A stretch of 64,000 nucleotides of DNA from Paraspadella gotoi (taxonomy: Eukaryota; Animalia; Chaetognatha), in contig CM119270.1 of the NCBI GenBank assembly GCA_051294375.1, forward strand, positions 4,534,152 to 4,598,151. Direction: 5' to 3'. A model generated the notes under the pieces. It made no database searches and was not told the DNA's origin. It saw only the letters and a program-made list of their open reading frames with translations. Positions within the stretch are counted from its first letter, which is position 1. Each line of letters starts with the position of its first letter. Below are positions 41,587-54,650 of the stretch, piece after piece. The position numbers were made by a program, and so were the translations under genes.

Positions 41587-43818
41587 ATCCAGGTCTCGGC
41601 CATCGTCGCCGTGGTCGCCGTCGCCGCCGTCGTCGTCAACGTCTGGCGTCTCTGGGAATACGACCTCGTCCCGTGTCTGACTCGGGTGGACGGCGTCCGC
41701 GTGGAATCCAAGATGGTCAACTCGTCGCCGACGGCCTGTTCCGGGGGATACCTCTGGTTCTACGCGACCTTCTTCGTCCTCGTCGTCAACAACGTCGTCC
41801 CCTTCTTGATGCTCGTCGCCTTCAACGTCTACATCGTCGCGCAGCTGGCCGTCAAGCGGAGCAGCGGCTTGAAGACCGGTTCGGTCCTCTCTCTCTCCTC
41901 TCTCTCTCCTCTTCTCTCTCTCTCTCTCTCTCTTTGTTTCTCTCTCCTCTCTCCCTCTCCTCCTTTCGTTTATCGTTGCCAGGTTGCAAAAAAGGCTGTG
42001 ATCGATTCGTCGCCTGCAACCTACGACTGCCCACCGCAGCGGGCTTTGCTGTTGCCCCTGACATGAAATCCTGTCACTGGAAAAAGTTCAGTCGAATTAA
42101 CATTTGTGCAGATCTTTAGGATTTCTGTCAATTCTTATGGAAGTGAAGTTGGAAAAACAAAAAAACAGAAATTTTCACCAATCAATCGTGTAAAAAAAGG
42201 TAGAAGCATGGATAAAATGATATCACAATAAATATTATGCAATGCATACATACAATGACTATTGCGAATGGAAAATGACATTTGATGAGAATAAAGATTT
42301 AGTTGCACGCGCGAGAGATTTTGCTCGTCTTCAGCCCAATTCAGAATCGAATGGGTCGCGATCCAGAGAGAGGCCGCAAGAGTGGGGAAGAGAGAAATGT
42401 TCCTCTTCACACCGACGGCACTGAAGCGACAGGGGTGGCTTAACCTTCCCCCCCTTTTTTTTCCCCCCTTCCATTCCTCCACCCGGATGTGACCCTCCCG
42501 CTCTTCGCCAACCAAAGGGTGGGCCGCAATTTAACGATAACCCCAAGTTTTCTGCCAACGAATCTTCGGCGAACCTCCGGAGGAAAAAGTCGGGAGCGTT
42601 TTGCCTTCCTACAAAACTTGGGGATGATTCTCAATTGTCCATCAACTTCTCTCTTACGTTTATTCTTCGGAGACTTTTCGACAAAGGTGGTCGAGTAAGA
42701 GATAGAGACACCGATCCCCGTCGACATTTTGGTTTTCCAGCCAGATTTCTCTTTTGTCTTTTCAGACGATGCTCTTGAGGGAGAAATCTGTCGAGTCAAA
42801 AACGGAGAAGGCGAACACGACGGCGGTTAAAAGATCCTATTTGTTTATCTATCCGTCCATGTATTATTTAGTACTACATATTTTTAAATTATTAATATTT
42901 TTTAAATTATCATTTTTTTTAAACAATCGTTCTAAACTATTCAAGAAANNNNNNNNNNNNNNNNNNNNNNNNNNNNNNNNNNNNNNNNNNNNNNNNNNNN
43001 NNNNNNNNNNNNNNNNNNNNNNNNNNNNNNNNNNNNNNNNNNNNNNNNNNNNNNNNNNNNNNNNNNNNNNNNNNNNNNNNNNNNNNNNNNNNNNNNNNNN
43101 NNNNNNNNNNNNNNNNNNNNNNNNNNNNNNNNNNNNNNNNNNNNNNNNNNNNNNNNNNNNNNNNNNNNNNNNNNNNNNNNNNNNNNNNNNNNNNNNNNNN
43201 NNNNNNNNNNNNNNNNNNNNNNNNNNNNNNNNNNNNNNNNNNNNNNNNNNNNNNNNNNNNNNNNNNNNNNNNNNNNNNNNNNNNNNNNNNNNNNNNNNNN
43301 NNNNNNNNNNNNNNNNNNNNNNNNNNNNNNNNNNNNNNNNNNNNNNNNNNNNNNNNNNAGATCCCCGGGCCTCCGTATAAAATCGACTATTAAATAATAA
43401 TAATTACTAAATGTTAATTTCGTTTCACTTTAGCCTCGCTATTACTCACCTCCAAGAGAAAAGGTTTCGGCGCCGGGCCGGGAATGTCCGACGTCGGCAT
43501 CGAAGTGAGTAGCCAATCAATCAATTGAATCATCAATCATGAATCGTGAATGAACTTCAAATTAAAACTACGTCAGTACATACAGGTTCAATAATCAATG
43601 AATAATCAATGACTCAATTGTGCAAACAATCACTCAATTATTCAAAAGGGCAGCCAGACATTTATTCATTCAGCTCATCAAGCGAATCAATCAGACAAAA
43701 CCCAATCAATCAATCAATCAATCAATTACATGAATGCAAAATGAATCAATTCTTAGCGTCTGACGGTGAGCGACAATCCTGCGGCGACGGAAAATCCGGA
43801 AACGGAAGAAGTTAATAA

Positions 43819-43852
<34 letters not shown>

Positions 43853-43924
43853 AATGACGATGTTGTTGTTGATGATAATGTTAACGCTGTATATGTCAAC
43901 GACGACGGGCAGCGAATTGCGTGA
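40178..43924 (+). CDS. Divergent class A (rhodopsin-like) GPCR, FMRFamide/myosuppressin-receptor-like orphan; multi-exon, interrupted by a gap and indels
   Basis: Exons: 40178-40355 (N-glycosylation sequons NNS/NSS, start of TM1); 40535-40737 (GIVLNLFNI, TM2 LTALALSD); 40961-41096 (TM3 WIIVVLTGNRC); 41593-41878 (TM4 VVVNVWRLWEY, TM5 NVVPFLMLVAFNVYIV); degraded TM6-like FVACNL..P at ~42006-42040; TM7 NLGMILNCSINFFSYVYSSETFR at ~42615-42694 after two 1-bp corrections; tail exons 42767-42825, 43435-43504 and 43757-43924 (ends ..DGQRIA*). The exon 2/3 phase is off by one base. Confidence 0.8.
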
Positions 43925-45434
43925 ATTTATATTTATTTATTTCATACTTTTCAAGTTATGAACTTTTGTATAATTGTATAAATACGGGTTTACAATTTTT
44001 TCATCAAATTTTTTTTCACGATTTTATGTCTATGTTCATTTCAAATACATATTTTCCAAAAAAAGTGTATTTGCTTTTTCATTAGAACATTAATGCCGGC
44101 CATGTGAGTCCAGTTATTGTCGGTGAGAATGACTCCTTGTGAAGTAATTTTTCACTAATAATCACGAATCAAATTTCAACTTTCTCCCTCAACCCGGGTG
44201 GACACTGGGCAGCTTTTAATGCTTTTAATGCTTATACTACATTCATAAAAAAGCAAAAACAATAACCCCCTATCTTTCTGCATTTTAGCAAATGAGCTGG
44301 GACAGGGAAGAATTTTAAATGTTTTCTAGTGTTGACCTGACAAAAAATCCGTTCACCCCCCCCCCTCTGATCTCTCCTTTATTCATCTTTCTACTGGAGA
44401 AAAAGCCAAAGAAAAGTTTCGCTTCGAAAGACAAAATCTGCAAAGTTGATCCCCGGATTCGATGAGCTCGCTTGCGTCTTTGGGGGGACGGACAGGGGAT
44501 TAAAAGATTGGGGACCGGGGACCGGGGATTTGTAGGAAACGGGGGGATAGGGGAAATAGGGTAGAAGAGAAAGTGAGTTGAGTCAAGGGAGAATGACATT
44601 TTAACTTTCATTTAATCATTCATTTATTGAATGAAGTCATACAATACATACATTCAATACATACATACAAATGATTGATTATATTTAAATGAAACTGATA
44701 CAACAAATGTACAAATTTTCCATTCATTCTATAATTTGTAAATTTCATTATAAAAACAATTCAACTTTTTTCTTAACATCCCACATTGTAGTTACTTTCC
44801 CGAATCATGTATGTTAGATTTATTTGTATTTATAAAATACTCGAGGCGTTTTTTTGGTAACTAAGCTCGCATCGAGGCGGCTCCTAAAAAAGTTCTCTGG
44901 GTTTTTCCTTCTTCTTAGAAATCGTCGATAAAAAAACTGATTTCGCTTCTCTTTTACTTTTCCGTATTTTTTTTTTTAATTGTTTTTGTATTTTTTTATT
45001 TTTGTTTTGAAATTTAAAAAACATTATTCAGTAAAAAATAACAAATAAGAGAAAACTGAAAAAAGACCAAACGAAAAACAAAAAAAAAACATGCGAAATT
45101 TTCTGGGCAAAATTGGTTTCGCTTGAAGAATGAAAGTTCGACGTCGTAAGATTTCGTTTTTAAGATTCGAGAAAACAAATATTAGGTAATCGAACAGAAA
45201 TGGGAGACTCTTGGAAAAAAAGATCCCATTTAAAATAAAAATATGGAATGTTTAAAATCTAATGGGTGTTAATACATAAATACTTTACGCGTATAAGTTT
45301 AAAATGTAATTAAAAAGTCTTTTGAGATAATTCATTAGTTATTTTGTCAATTAGTTAGTTAGTTAGTTAGTATCGTTAAACATTTTAATCAGCCCATCTG
45401 CGCTCTCCCCGCCCCTTTCGGGGGTGTGCCCGAC

Positions 45435-48400
45435 ATGGGCGACCGGGATGGACACGATGACCGCACCGACGGTCAACAGCCGCACGGGAATGTGGTCATG
45501 GTGGGCAAAGACTATCGGGTAAGGATGGAGATCAATCACTTACCTAATCTAAGGACAGACTAAGTTAAAAAGTGGTTAATCTTTCCTGCGATTATCTGGA
45601 TAGTTAGTTCTTTCGCTCCCCTTCCCTTCCCTCTCCTCTCTCTCTCCTACTATTCCTCTCCCTTCTCTCTCTCCTCTCCTCTCTCTCCTCTCTCTCTCTC
45701 TCCTCTCTCTCTCTCCTCTCCTCAAGTCGGCAAGAAGATCGGCAACGGGAACTTCGGCGAGCTCCGCCTCGGCAAGAATCTCTTGACGAGCGAACACGTG
45801 GCCATCAAGATGGAATCTACGACGAGAAGTCATGGAACTTGGCTCCCGTCCGAGTACAAGTTCTACCGCATGATGGGTAATAATGGGGTTAATTGGGGTT
45901 AATTGGGTTTAATTGGGCTAATGGGCTCGTATGAGAATATTCAATTGGCGCGCTTTAGAACTCTTGTCAATTTTATACAACCTCCAACTTGGTTAAATTT
46001 TAATTTAAAAATCCTTATCTTGCTGACATGAAATGTATCTTCCTTTACAGGCAGCGTGGTCGGCATTCCCAAGTGTTACTACTTCGGTCCTTGCGGCAAA
46101 TACAACGCCCTCGTCATCGAACTTCTTGGTCCGAATCTGGAGGATCTCTTCGGTCTCTGCGACAACAAGTTCTCGCTGAAGACCGTGTTGATGATCGGGA
46201 TACAGACGGTGACCAGACTGGAGGCTGTGCACGGGGCCAAGCTTGTCTACAGGTGTGGGATATTTTGGATATTGGCATCACNNNNNNNNNNCAGGTGTGG
46301 GGTATTTTGGATATTGGCATCACTAAACAAGAATATATGTAATCTAATGCTAGTGTAATCTATATACTGTAATTGATATAAGGTTAAAGTGTTCTTTTGT
46401 CTGATATTAATTGTAGGTAAGTATTTAGAATCGCGCTCGAACCTCTTCTTTTGTTNNNNNNNNNNNNNNNNNNNNNNNNNNNNNNNNNNNNNNNNNNNNN
46501 NNNNNNNNNNNNNNNNNNNNNNNNNNNNNNNNNNNNNNNNNNNNNNNNNNNNNNNNNNNNNNNNNNNNNNNNNNNNNNNNNNNNNNNNNNNNNNNNNNNN
46601 NNNNNNNNNNNNNNNNNNNNNNNNNNNNNNNNNNNNNNNNNNNNNNNNNNNNNNNNNNNNNNNNNNNNNNNNNNNNNNNNNNNNNNNNNNNNNNNNNNNN
46701 NNNNNNNNNNNNNNNNNNNNNNNNNNNNNNNNNNNNNNNNNNNNNNNNNNNNNNNNNNNNNNNNNNNNNNNNNNNNNNNNNNNNNNNNNNNNNNNNNNNN
46801 NNNNNNNNNNNNNNNNNNNNNNNNNNNNNNNNNNNNNNNNNNNNNNNNNNNNNNNNNNNNNNNNNNNNNNNNNNNNNNNNNNNNNNNNNNNNNNNNNNNN
46901 NNNNNNNNNNNNNNNNNNNNNNNACAACGAACAATGACAACATACACGACGACGACCGCGACGACGACCGACACGACTAAAGCACGAAGTCTATTTACCT
47001 GAACGTTCGTCGTAGTCAGGCCTCCTCGTAAAACTCAAGGCTTCCTCGCTCTGCTGTAGGCATGTATGGCAGACAGGCCTTCGGCGCGTGATTGCCGCAC
47101 AAATTCTCGACAGTCGTCTGAGCTTCGTTTCTCCGATCTTCTTGTATCTTGGTGTGTTTTTGGAATATGAGGCCAAGAGGGGGGTGGGGTATAGGGGTCG
47201 TAGGTGTCGAAAGGAGTATGAGTCCAGTGTGGATATCCAAAAGGTGTGGGGGGAGGAGTATATGGAGAGAGAGGTAGTGGAATTGTGAAAGTTGATGATG
47301 TCAGCGGTAGAGACAAGTGATAAAAGGTCGCAATATGAAATAGAGGTCGGAGGTAATATAGGACGAGGAGGGGTGTAGAGTTGGTTAGTGGAGTTGTGGA
47401 AAATGATATGGAAGATGTCGGCGATAGAAGTGATAAGGTCGGCAGACATGAAAATAGGTCATGTATTAGGGACGAAGAGGAGGGGTGTGGATTTGTGGAA
47501 AAGTGATATGTCAGCGGTTTTGGATAGAGAGTGTAAAAGTCGGCAGACTTGAAATAGGAGTCACGGGGAGCGTGGGAGGAAAGATAGACCGGTTAGCGAT
47601 TGAGTGAAAATTAATCCCATTTCTGAAAAAAAAAAAACCCAATAGATCTTCCGGGTTTCCGTTTTGTTTTCCTGCTTTTTTTGTTGTCAACCAGGAGGGA
47701 ATGACAAAAAAATTTTATTACCAAATCCTTAGTCCTAATTCCTAAACCTAACTTAAAACACAAACCTAACCTTAAACCCTGCTCCCTAACCATTAAAGCG
47801 TAGTAAAAATTATAAATTTAACTTTAATTAAAATTCTAAAAGTGAGGAACGAACAATATTATACTAATGAACATTTCTGGATTATTAACATAATCTTTAA
47901 CCCTAATCCATAACCTAATCCTTTATGCTTACCTAATCTTTAAACCAAAAAAAAATTATTTCAAATTAAATGACGAAATTGGACGTTTTGCGATAATAAA
48001 GCCGAATTAACGAGATTAACAACCTCGCTCTTGTCGAACAGGTCCCTCTTCGCCGACTGCTTGACTCAAAGGGGATGGGAAAACGACGGGGAGTTCGATT
48101 GGACCCCGCGGTTGAGAAGAAGGGTACAGGGGCAGGGTCATTGAGGGGCAGGGGGCATTGAGGGGCAGGGACTTTGATCATGCGGTAGTAGCAGTTGGAC
48201 GCGCCGCCCTTTAAGACCCAAGTAAATTTCTGAGGTCCACAAAGATATGTATATATGAGACAAAAAATATTGAACTTAACTTTCGATCTCATCGAGTAAG
48301 AGAAACCTTAAATTTCGTTGAAATAGATTTTCGAAGGTCGCCCCAAAAAAAAAAATCATGTTAAATGAAATCGGTTCAACTACTTAGTTTAGGTAGTTAG

Positions 48401-48875
48401 GATAGTATTTGTATAAAAATAGTAGTAGTAGAAAAAAAAAGCGAATACTAGTGAGAGTTGCTCACCCATAAGCCACGCCCCCATTCCTTACCCTTCCTCA
48501 CCTTTGATCAAAAATTCGAGTCGTTCATCTCGAGTTTCCGTCGGTTCCTCTCTCAACCGCCTCGCCCGTCCTCTCCTAAGCGCTCCGTCCACCTCCGTCC
48601 AGGCGCGCTCTCTCTCTCTCTGTATCTTTCTAACTCTGTCTCTATCGGAGTTGGAACTCTTTTCCGACTCAGACCCAAAACGCCCTCTCGGGTGGCGGGT
48701 CGGCGTGATGCGGCAGGACGGTGTGGCTGCAGGCGCCGCAGGAGCCGAGGGCGAAGCAGAGGAACCGACAAAGGACGCCGACGACGAAACCGACAAAGAA
48801 GCTGAGGCAGACGAATCCCGTCGTCAGGAAATACGCCGACATCAAGCGCTCCGCCGTCCAGGGATCGATTTTTGA
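45435..48875 (+). CDS. CSNK1G: Casein kinase 1, gamma-like (gilgamesh/CSNK1G-like); central exons hidden in an N-gap
   Basis: Exons 45435-45518 (..VMVGKDYR), ~45726-45876 ([30 protein letters not shown]), 46051-46252 ([52 protein letters not shown]), 48042-~48123 ([20 protein letters not shown]) and a last exon from 48673 whose frame is uncertain (stop at 48708 or 48875). [11 protein letters not shown] and [10 protein letters not shown] are CK1-gamma signatures. Confidence 0.87.
46999..47175 (-). CDS. CK1 kinase-domain exon in inverted orientation, with frameshifts
   Basis: Minus-strand frames give RYKKIGETK / [19 protein letters not shown] / LEFYEE / PDYDE followed by a GTAAAT donor. This corresponds to CK1-gamma RYQKIGDTK..EVLCENFP..LDFFEKPDYD. 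Confidence 0.78.
47230..47570. repeat. Noisy ~105-bp tandem repeat, about 3 copies
   Basis: GTGGA.TTGTG(G)AAA.TGAT..GTC.GCG..AGA..AGTG.TAA.GTCGGCAGAC.TGAAATAG recurs at ~47277, ~47389 and ~47487. Confidence 0.65.
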
Positions 48876-49041
48876 CGCTGATCTGTTGAGTTGAGGGTGT
48901 GGAAGGAGAGGGGAGAGGATGTGGGGAATAGAAGGGGGAGGGAAGACTAAAGGGAACCAGCTTGGTCAATAAGGAGTTTTTTAGACAAGTTTATTAAGTT
49001 TTGGTAGCTGATTAGGTAATTACGTAATTACAAAAAATGAT

Positions 49042-49077
<36 letters not shown>

Positions 49078-51636
49078 TTCTCTATTTCTCTCTCTTTTCT
49101 TTTTCTTTTCTCTCTCGATGAAGCTCTTATTATTGTTAGCGGTTATGCTACAATTTGAATTTATTACATAATACGTAAACATATAGTACCTGAGAGTTCT
49201 AAGAGTTTATAAATTGAGAAACAAACATAGACAAACATTTCTTGTCGGCGCGAATTCGGGGGGGGGGCCTCAGAATCGTCGGCGCCTGTTACGAAAGGTA
49301 AATACAAAATATATATATGTATATTATTTTATAGAATCAAAAATCAGGTGTAACTTTACTTTTTCTCTTTCCTCTTTTGATTCGGCGAAAATTCGGGTTC
49401 TCGAGAATTTGGATGACTGAAGTTTACTACGTTGTTATTTCTTTATTTAATTTGGAGTATTGTTTGTAGAGTTTCTGAAAAAAGAAAGTCATATAAAAAA
49501 CACTCTTTCATTTATTGAGTGGGAAATGGAATAAATTATACACCATGAGTCCATTTACGGGAGGTCACCTCTCTCACATCTCGAATTATTAAATGATATT
49601 AAAATTGTTACCTATTTAAAAGAAAGGTATTAAGTATAAACTATAGAGAACCTGCTAAAAACTCGGTTCTGCTTTCGGATCTCTGTCTTACCTAGTATCA
49701 CAGAGCTCGAAGTTGACTGCTCTTTATAAGTTGGTTTTTGTAAATTTATAGATTAAAAATAAATATTCGCGGGAATCCGAAGCCTTTTGTTTTTTTGTTT
49801 TTTTTCGGGTTGTAAAGCCTTTTTGTTTTATTGATTGTTGTTTCGGTTGGTGGCTGAGCGGCTTAGGATTGGAATAAGAATTACGTCGCTTTATATTTGG
49901 TTTTTTTTTAGCTTTTCTTTTTTTGCTGTTTTGTTGTTGTTTTTTTTATTTAATGGGAAGCAGTAGGATAATGATAATAATGCGTCAGGGAACAAAAAAA
50001 TTCGGTTACTTTAATTTTTTGTTTTTTGTTTTAAAAAAAAAAGTGTTGCGTTTTGGTGACTTTTTTTGCTTTTTGGCTTTTGTTTCGTTTTTTTAGTTTT
50101 GAGTTGTTGTTTTGGAAAGTTGCTAAAGGTTAGAGAGATTAAAAAAAGGAAGACGAAAAATGAAAAAAAGCGAGTAAGTTATGAAAAAAGCTGCGTAGCG
50201 GGGATTTTTACGGGTGCAGGGGTAAGTTGTTTAAAGGGTAAGGCGGGTTCTTTCTTTTGCTTTTAGTCCGTAGAATAAAAATGGAAAGAAGATTGACGAG
50301 AAATCTTTGATAGCCCACGAATCGGAATTGGGGAAGAGAGAAGAGAGAGAGAGATGAGAGATGAGAGAGAGAAGTAGAGAGAGAGAGAGAAGAGAGAGAG
50401 AGAGCTATGTAGTAGAGGCGGAGTTGGAGGAAAGCATCATCAGTTTAAAACGGAAAATTAAAGCGAATCGAATAACAATGTTTATTTCGTTAAATCATCA
50501 TTGACATTATTTCAAAGGTGAAAAACGTACAAATACACTCATATCTATAAGTCATTGACTTTTGGTTTCTTCGACACAGAGACAAGGACAGAGACACTGA
50601 TTAAAAAAAAAAGTGTAACGGACTGAAAAAAGAAATCGATTTTTTTTAATCGATATTAGAATTAGCTTCATTATGAGATTTCTGTGATTTAGAAATTTGC
50701 CATATATTTCCGAACTTTTTTTTCATCTTCAATGGCGGTAAAAAAATTTTATACATAGAAAGAGAAATATGAGAGAGAAAGAGACAGGAGAGTAAAAAAT
50801 AAAAGACGTTCGATTGATCATAGAATTTTTGTTTCCCCTTTATTTTCCGTCGACGTTCAAGACGCAACGGACAAAGAGGTTCTAGTGATTTCGTAATTTT
50901 CTCTTTCGCTCATTTCGCTTCCTCGTCTTCGTGCGCGCTCTTCTCGCACGCGCAAACCGTCTTCGTCTCTTTATTTTCTTTGTAACGGGCGCCATCGCCG
51001 CGCGCGGACTGGGCACGCGCCGCGCACGCGGTGGCGCCGACGGATGCGCGGGTCGGGCCTGTGAGGAGCGAACGGGTCGCGAGCGAGAAAGGGAATGCGC
51101 GAGAAGGGCCGCGTTTGAAGGAAAAGGGGCCCCCGGGGAAAAGAGAGGGGGAGAGAAAGAGAGAGAGAGAGTGTTTCTCGGCCCGGATTTTCTTGGGGGC
51201 GCGCGGAGAGATCTCGGTCAAAGAAGTAAGTCAAAGTAAATTAGTCGGACGAGAGTGAGAGCGAGAGGAAGGAAGATTGAACGAGAAGGGAAATGTGAAA
51301 GGAGAAGAAGACAAATGAAATGAAAAGAAAAAGAGATGGAGAGAAAAAAGAAGAAATGCAGGAAAACAGAATAAATAAGAAATAAAAGATAAGATGATCT
51401 AAGTTATTACTTTATAATTCATCGGTGAGAATTTAAATATATCACGGACGAAATAGTTAGGAAAAGATATAGGGTAAAAATTCATTGGAGAATTGAAAGG
51501 AGGTCAGTCTCTCTCTCTCTCTCTCCTCTCATCTCTCTCTCCCTCCTCATCTCTCTTCTCTCTCTCTCTCTCTCTTTCTCTTTCTTGCTGGATCTCGTGG
51601 TTTGCGAGGAAAAGAGGAAATGACGCTCAGGAACAG

Positions 51637-52332
51637 CAGGAAAGAAAATGGAATTAAAGTAAACTAAGTAAAGATGTAACTAAAATAAAGAATAGGAATC
51701 GGCGATTATAGAAATAGTTGAAAGAAATAGAATTAATTGAGAAAAAGAACTCGAAGATAAATTAAACAATTAACTGACAAACGAAAGTTATAACTGCCGA
51801 TATATCTGTTAAATTTATTTGAAAATCTTTAAAAAAAATAAAAAATCGAAAACGAAAGAAGAATAAGCAAAGAAAAGGTTTGAGTGAATTTTAAATAATT
51901 GAACAGAAGTAATGAAAAAAAGCAAAGGATAAAATAGAAGTTAAGATAGGATAAGATAATTTGGATATAAGCATAGATACAGAATAAAGAATATATGCCG
52001 CTTCACCATCGTCGGTCGATTCGTAGCACGCCTTGCTCCATGTAAACACGCGTAATTAGCTATCTAATGTAAAACTTCCTTTCATTTAGTACAATAAGTC
52101 CCCTTTGTTCTATAATCATCGTTCCATTGGAGGCTTGTTTTCCCAATTTTTTTATTTACTTTCTCATCATACCAAATTGGAATTTAAGTTCTTGCTCGAA
52201 TTTGTTTTCTTTAAACGATCGGTTTTCTTACTAGCGAACTCTCTGAGACCAAGTGTGATTTATTTGGGCAAGAAAAAACAAGAGGCTCGAGAAAGCGAAA
52301 GGGGGAGAAGAGAGAGAGAGAAAGAGAGAGAG

Positions 52333-52386
<54 letters not shown>

Positions 52387-52489
52387 AAGAAGAGAGACGA
52401 GAGAGAGAAAAAAGAGAAGACGAGAAAAAGAGAAAAGAGAGAGAGAGAGAGAAGAGAAGAGAGAGAGGAAGAGAAAAAGAGAGAGAGAA

Positions 52490-52551
<62 letters not shown>

Positions 52552-53855
52552 AGAGAAGAGAGAAATAAGCGGCCCCACCTAATGGGAAGAGGAAGAGGAA
52601 GATGTCATGAACGAAAGGGCATCAATTGAGCCGCTTGTCCGCAGATTCCGTTGGTCGCATACATTCAAAAAGTTGATTGAGGCTTCAAAATTAGTCATTT
52701 TTTTGTATTGTTTTGTATTGTAATCGATTTTCAGGGAATTTATACATGTTTTTTTTTATGGATTTAGAAATTGAATCTTTGGAAAAAACAGTCGACGGAG
52801 AAACATGAAAGAACCAAGAACCCATTTGTTTCCTTCGTGAATCGCGACCGACTGGATCTCGTGAAGGCTCGACCAACGAGACGACGACGACGAAAACGAA
52901 CGACGGAAAACGGAACGACGGACAGATGCAACCCGAGAGACATGCGCTCTCCACGGCGAACCGAAACCCAACGCGTTTCGCTCATTCGGCGAATTCACAT
53001 TTTTTTTCTTTTATTCTTCCTTTAAGTGACGAACGTAAAAGAAGACAGCAATACGAAGAAAAAGAAAGGAAAAATACTTAACACTGTTCCAACGGCGAAT
53101 TCGGCGAAGGGCCAGCGCAGAGAAATCCGCGCGTGGCCGTCGGTTGTCAACGGTAAACCGAAGAACGCGATAGNNNNNNNNNNNNNNNNNNNNNNNNNCA
53201 GGAAAGAAAAGTGGAAAAAGGAAACTAAGTAAGATGTAACTAAATAAAGAATAGGAATCGGCGATTATAGAAATAGTTGAAAGAAATAGAATTATTGAGA
53301 AAAGAATCTCGAGAATAAATTAAACAGATTAACTGACAAACTGAAAGTTATACTGGGATATATGTTTAAATTTATTTTGAAATCTTTAAAAAAAATAAAA
53401 TCGAAACGAAAGAAGAAAAGCAATAAAAGGTTTTAGTGAATTTTAAATTATTGAACATAATTAATAAAAAAAAAGCAAGGATAAAATAGAAGTTAAGAAT
53501 AGATAAGATATTTGGATATAAGATATATAAGATATAAGATATATCGCTCACCATCGTGGTCGATTTCTAGCACGCTTGCTCCATTTAACACGCGTATTAG
53601 CTATCTAATTTAAAACTTCCTTTCATTTAGTACAAAAGTCCCTTTTGTTCTATAATCATCGTTCCATTTGAGCTTTTTCCAATTTTTTTTTATTTACTTT
53701 CTCATCATACCAAATTGGATTTAAGTCCTTGCTCATTTGTTTTTCTTTAAACGATTCGGTTTCTAGCGACTCTTCTGACATCGTGTGGAATTTATTGGGC
53801 AAAAAACAAGAGGCTCGAGAAAGCGAAAGGGGGAGAGAGAGAGAAAGAGAGAGAG

Positions 53856-53909
<54 letters not shown>

Positions 53910-53955
53910 AAGAAGAGAGACGAGAGAGAGAAAAAAGAGAAGACGAGAAAAAGAG

Positions 53956-53991
<36 letters not shown>

Positions 53992-53996
53992 GAGAA

Positions 53997-54028
<32 letters not shown>

Positions 54029-54642
54029 AGAGAGAGACGGAGAGAGAGAGGAGAGAGAGAGAGAGAGAGAGAGAGTATAGAGAAGAGAGAAATAAGCGGC
54101 CCCACCTAATGGGAGGAGGAAGAGGAAGATGGTCATGAACGAAAGTGGCATCAATGAGCTTGTTCCGCAGATTCCGTTGGTCGCATATCATTGCAAAGTT
54201 GATTTAGCTTCAATTAGTCATTTTGTATTGTTTTGTATTGTATCGAATTTCATGGGATTTATACAGTTTTTTTTTGAGGATTTAAAATTGATCTTTGGAA
54301 AAAACATTTCGACGGAGACATGAAATGAACCAAGAATCCCTATTTGTTTTCTTTCGTGGAATCGCGACCACTGGTTCTCTGAAGCGCTCGACCAACGACG
54401 ACGACGACGACGAAAACGACGACGAAAACGACGACGACAGATGCACGAGAGAGAGCGCTCTCCCGGGCGAAACCGAAACCAACGCGTTTTCGCTCATCGA
54501 ATCACATTTTTTTTTCCCTTTTAGTGGAAAAGAAAAAAAGAAGAAAAAAGAAAAAGAAAAGAAAATACTTAACCTTCAACGCGAATCGAAGCCGCAGAAT
54601 CGCGCGTGGCCTCGTTGTCACGGTAACCGAAGAACGCGATAG
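51637..54642. repeat. ~1.5-kb tandem duplication (51637-53173 vs 53199-54642) around a 25-N gap
   Basis: Colinear copies start CAGGAAAGAAAA.TGGAA and end GAAGAACGCGATAG. They differ by many indels. Confidence 0.93.
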
Positions 54643-54650
54643 CGGAGGAT

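Noticed and set aside
45721-45730. Non-canonical splice sites or programmed frameshifts at CK1 exon 2, GPCR exon 2/3 and the acceptor at 60021
   Set aside because: Each is fixed by one base in a short G or A run, and the duplicated segments show such indel errors are frequent in this assembly.
42754-47002. Long ORFs containing X runs
   Set aside because: Artefacts of translating N-gaps.
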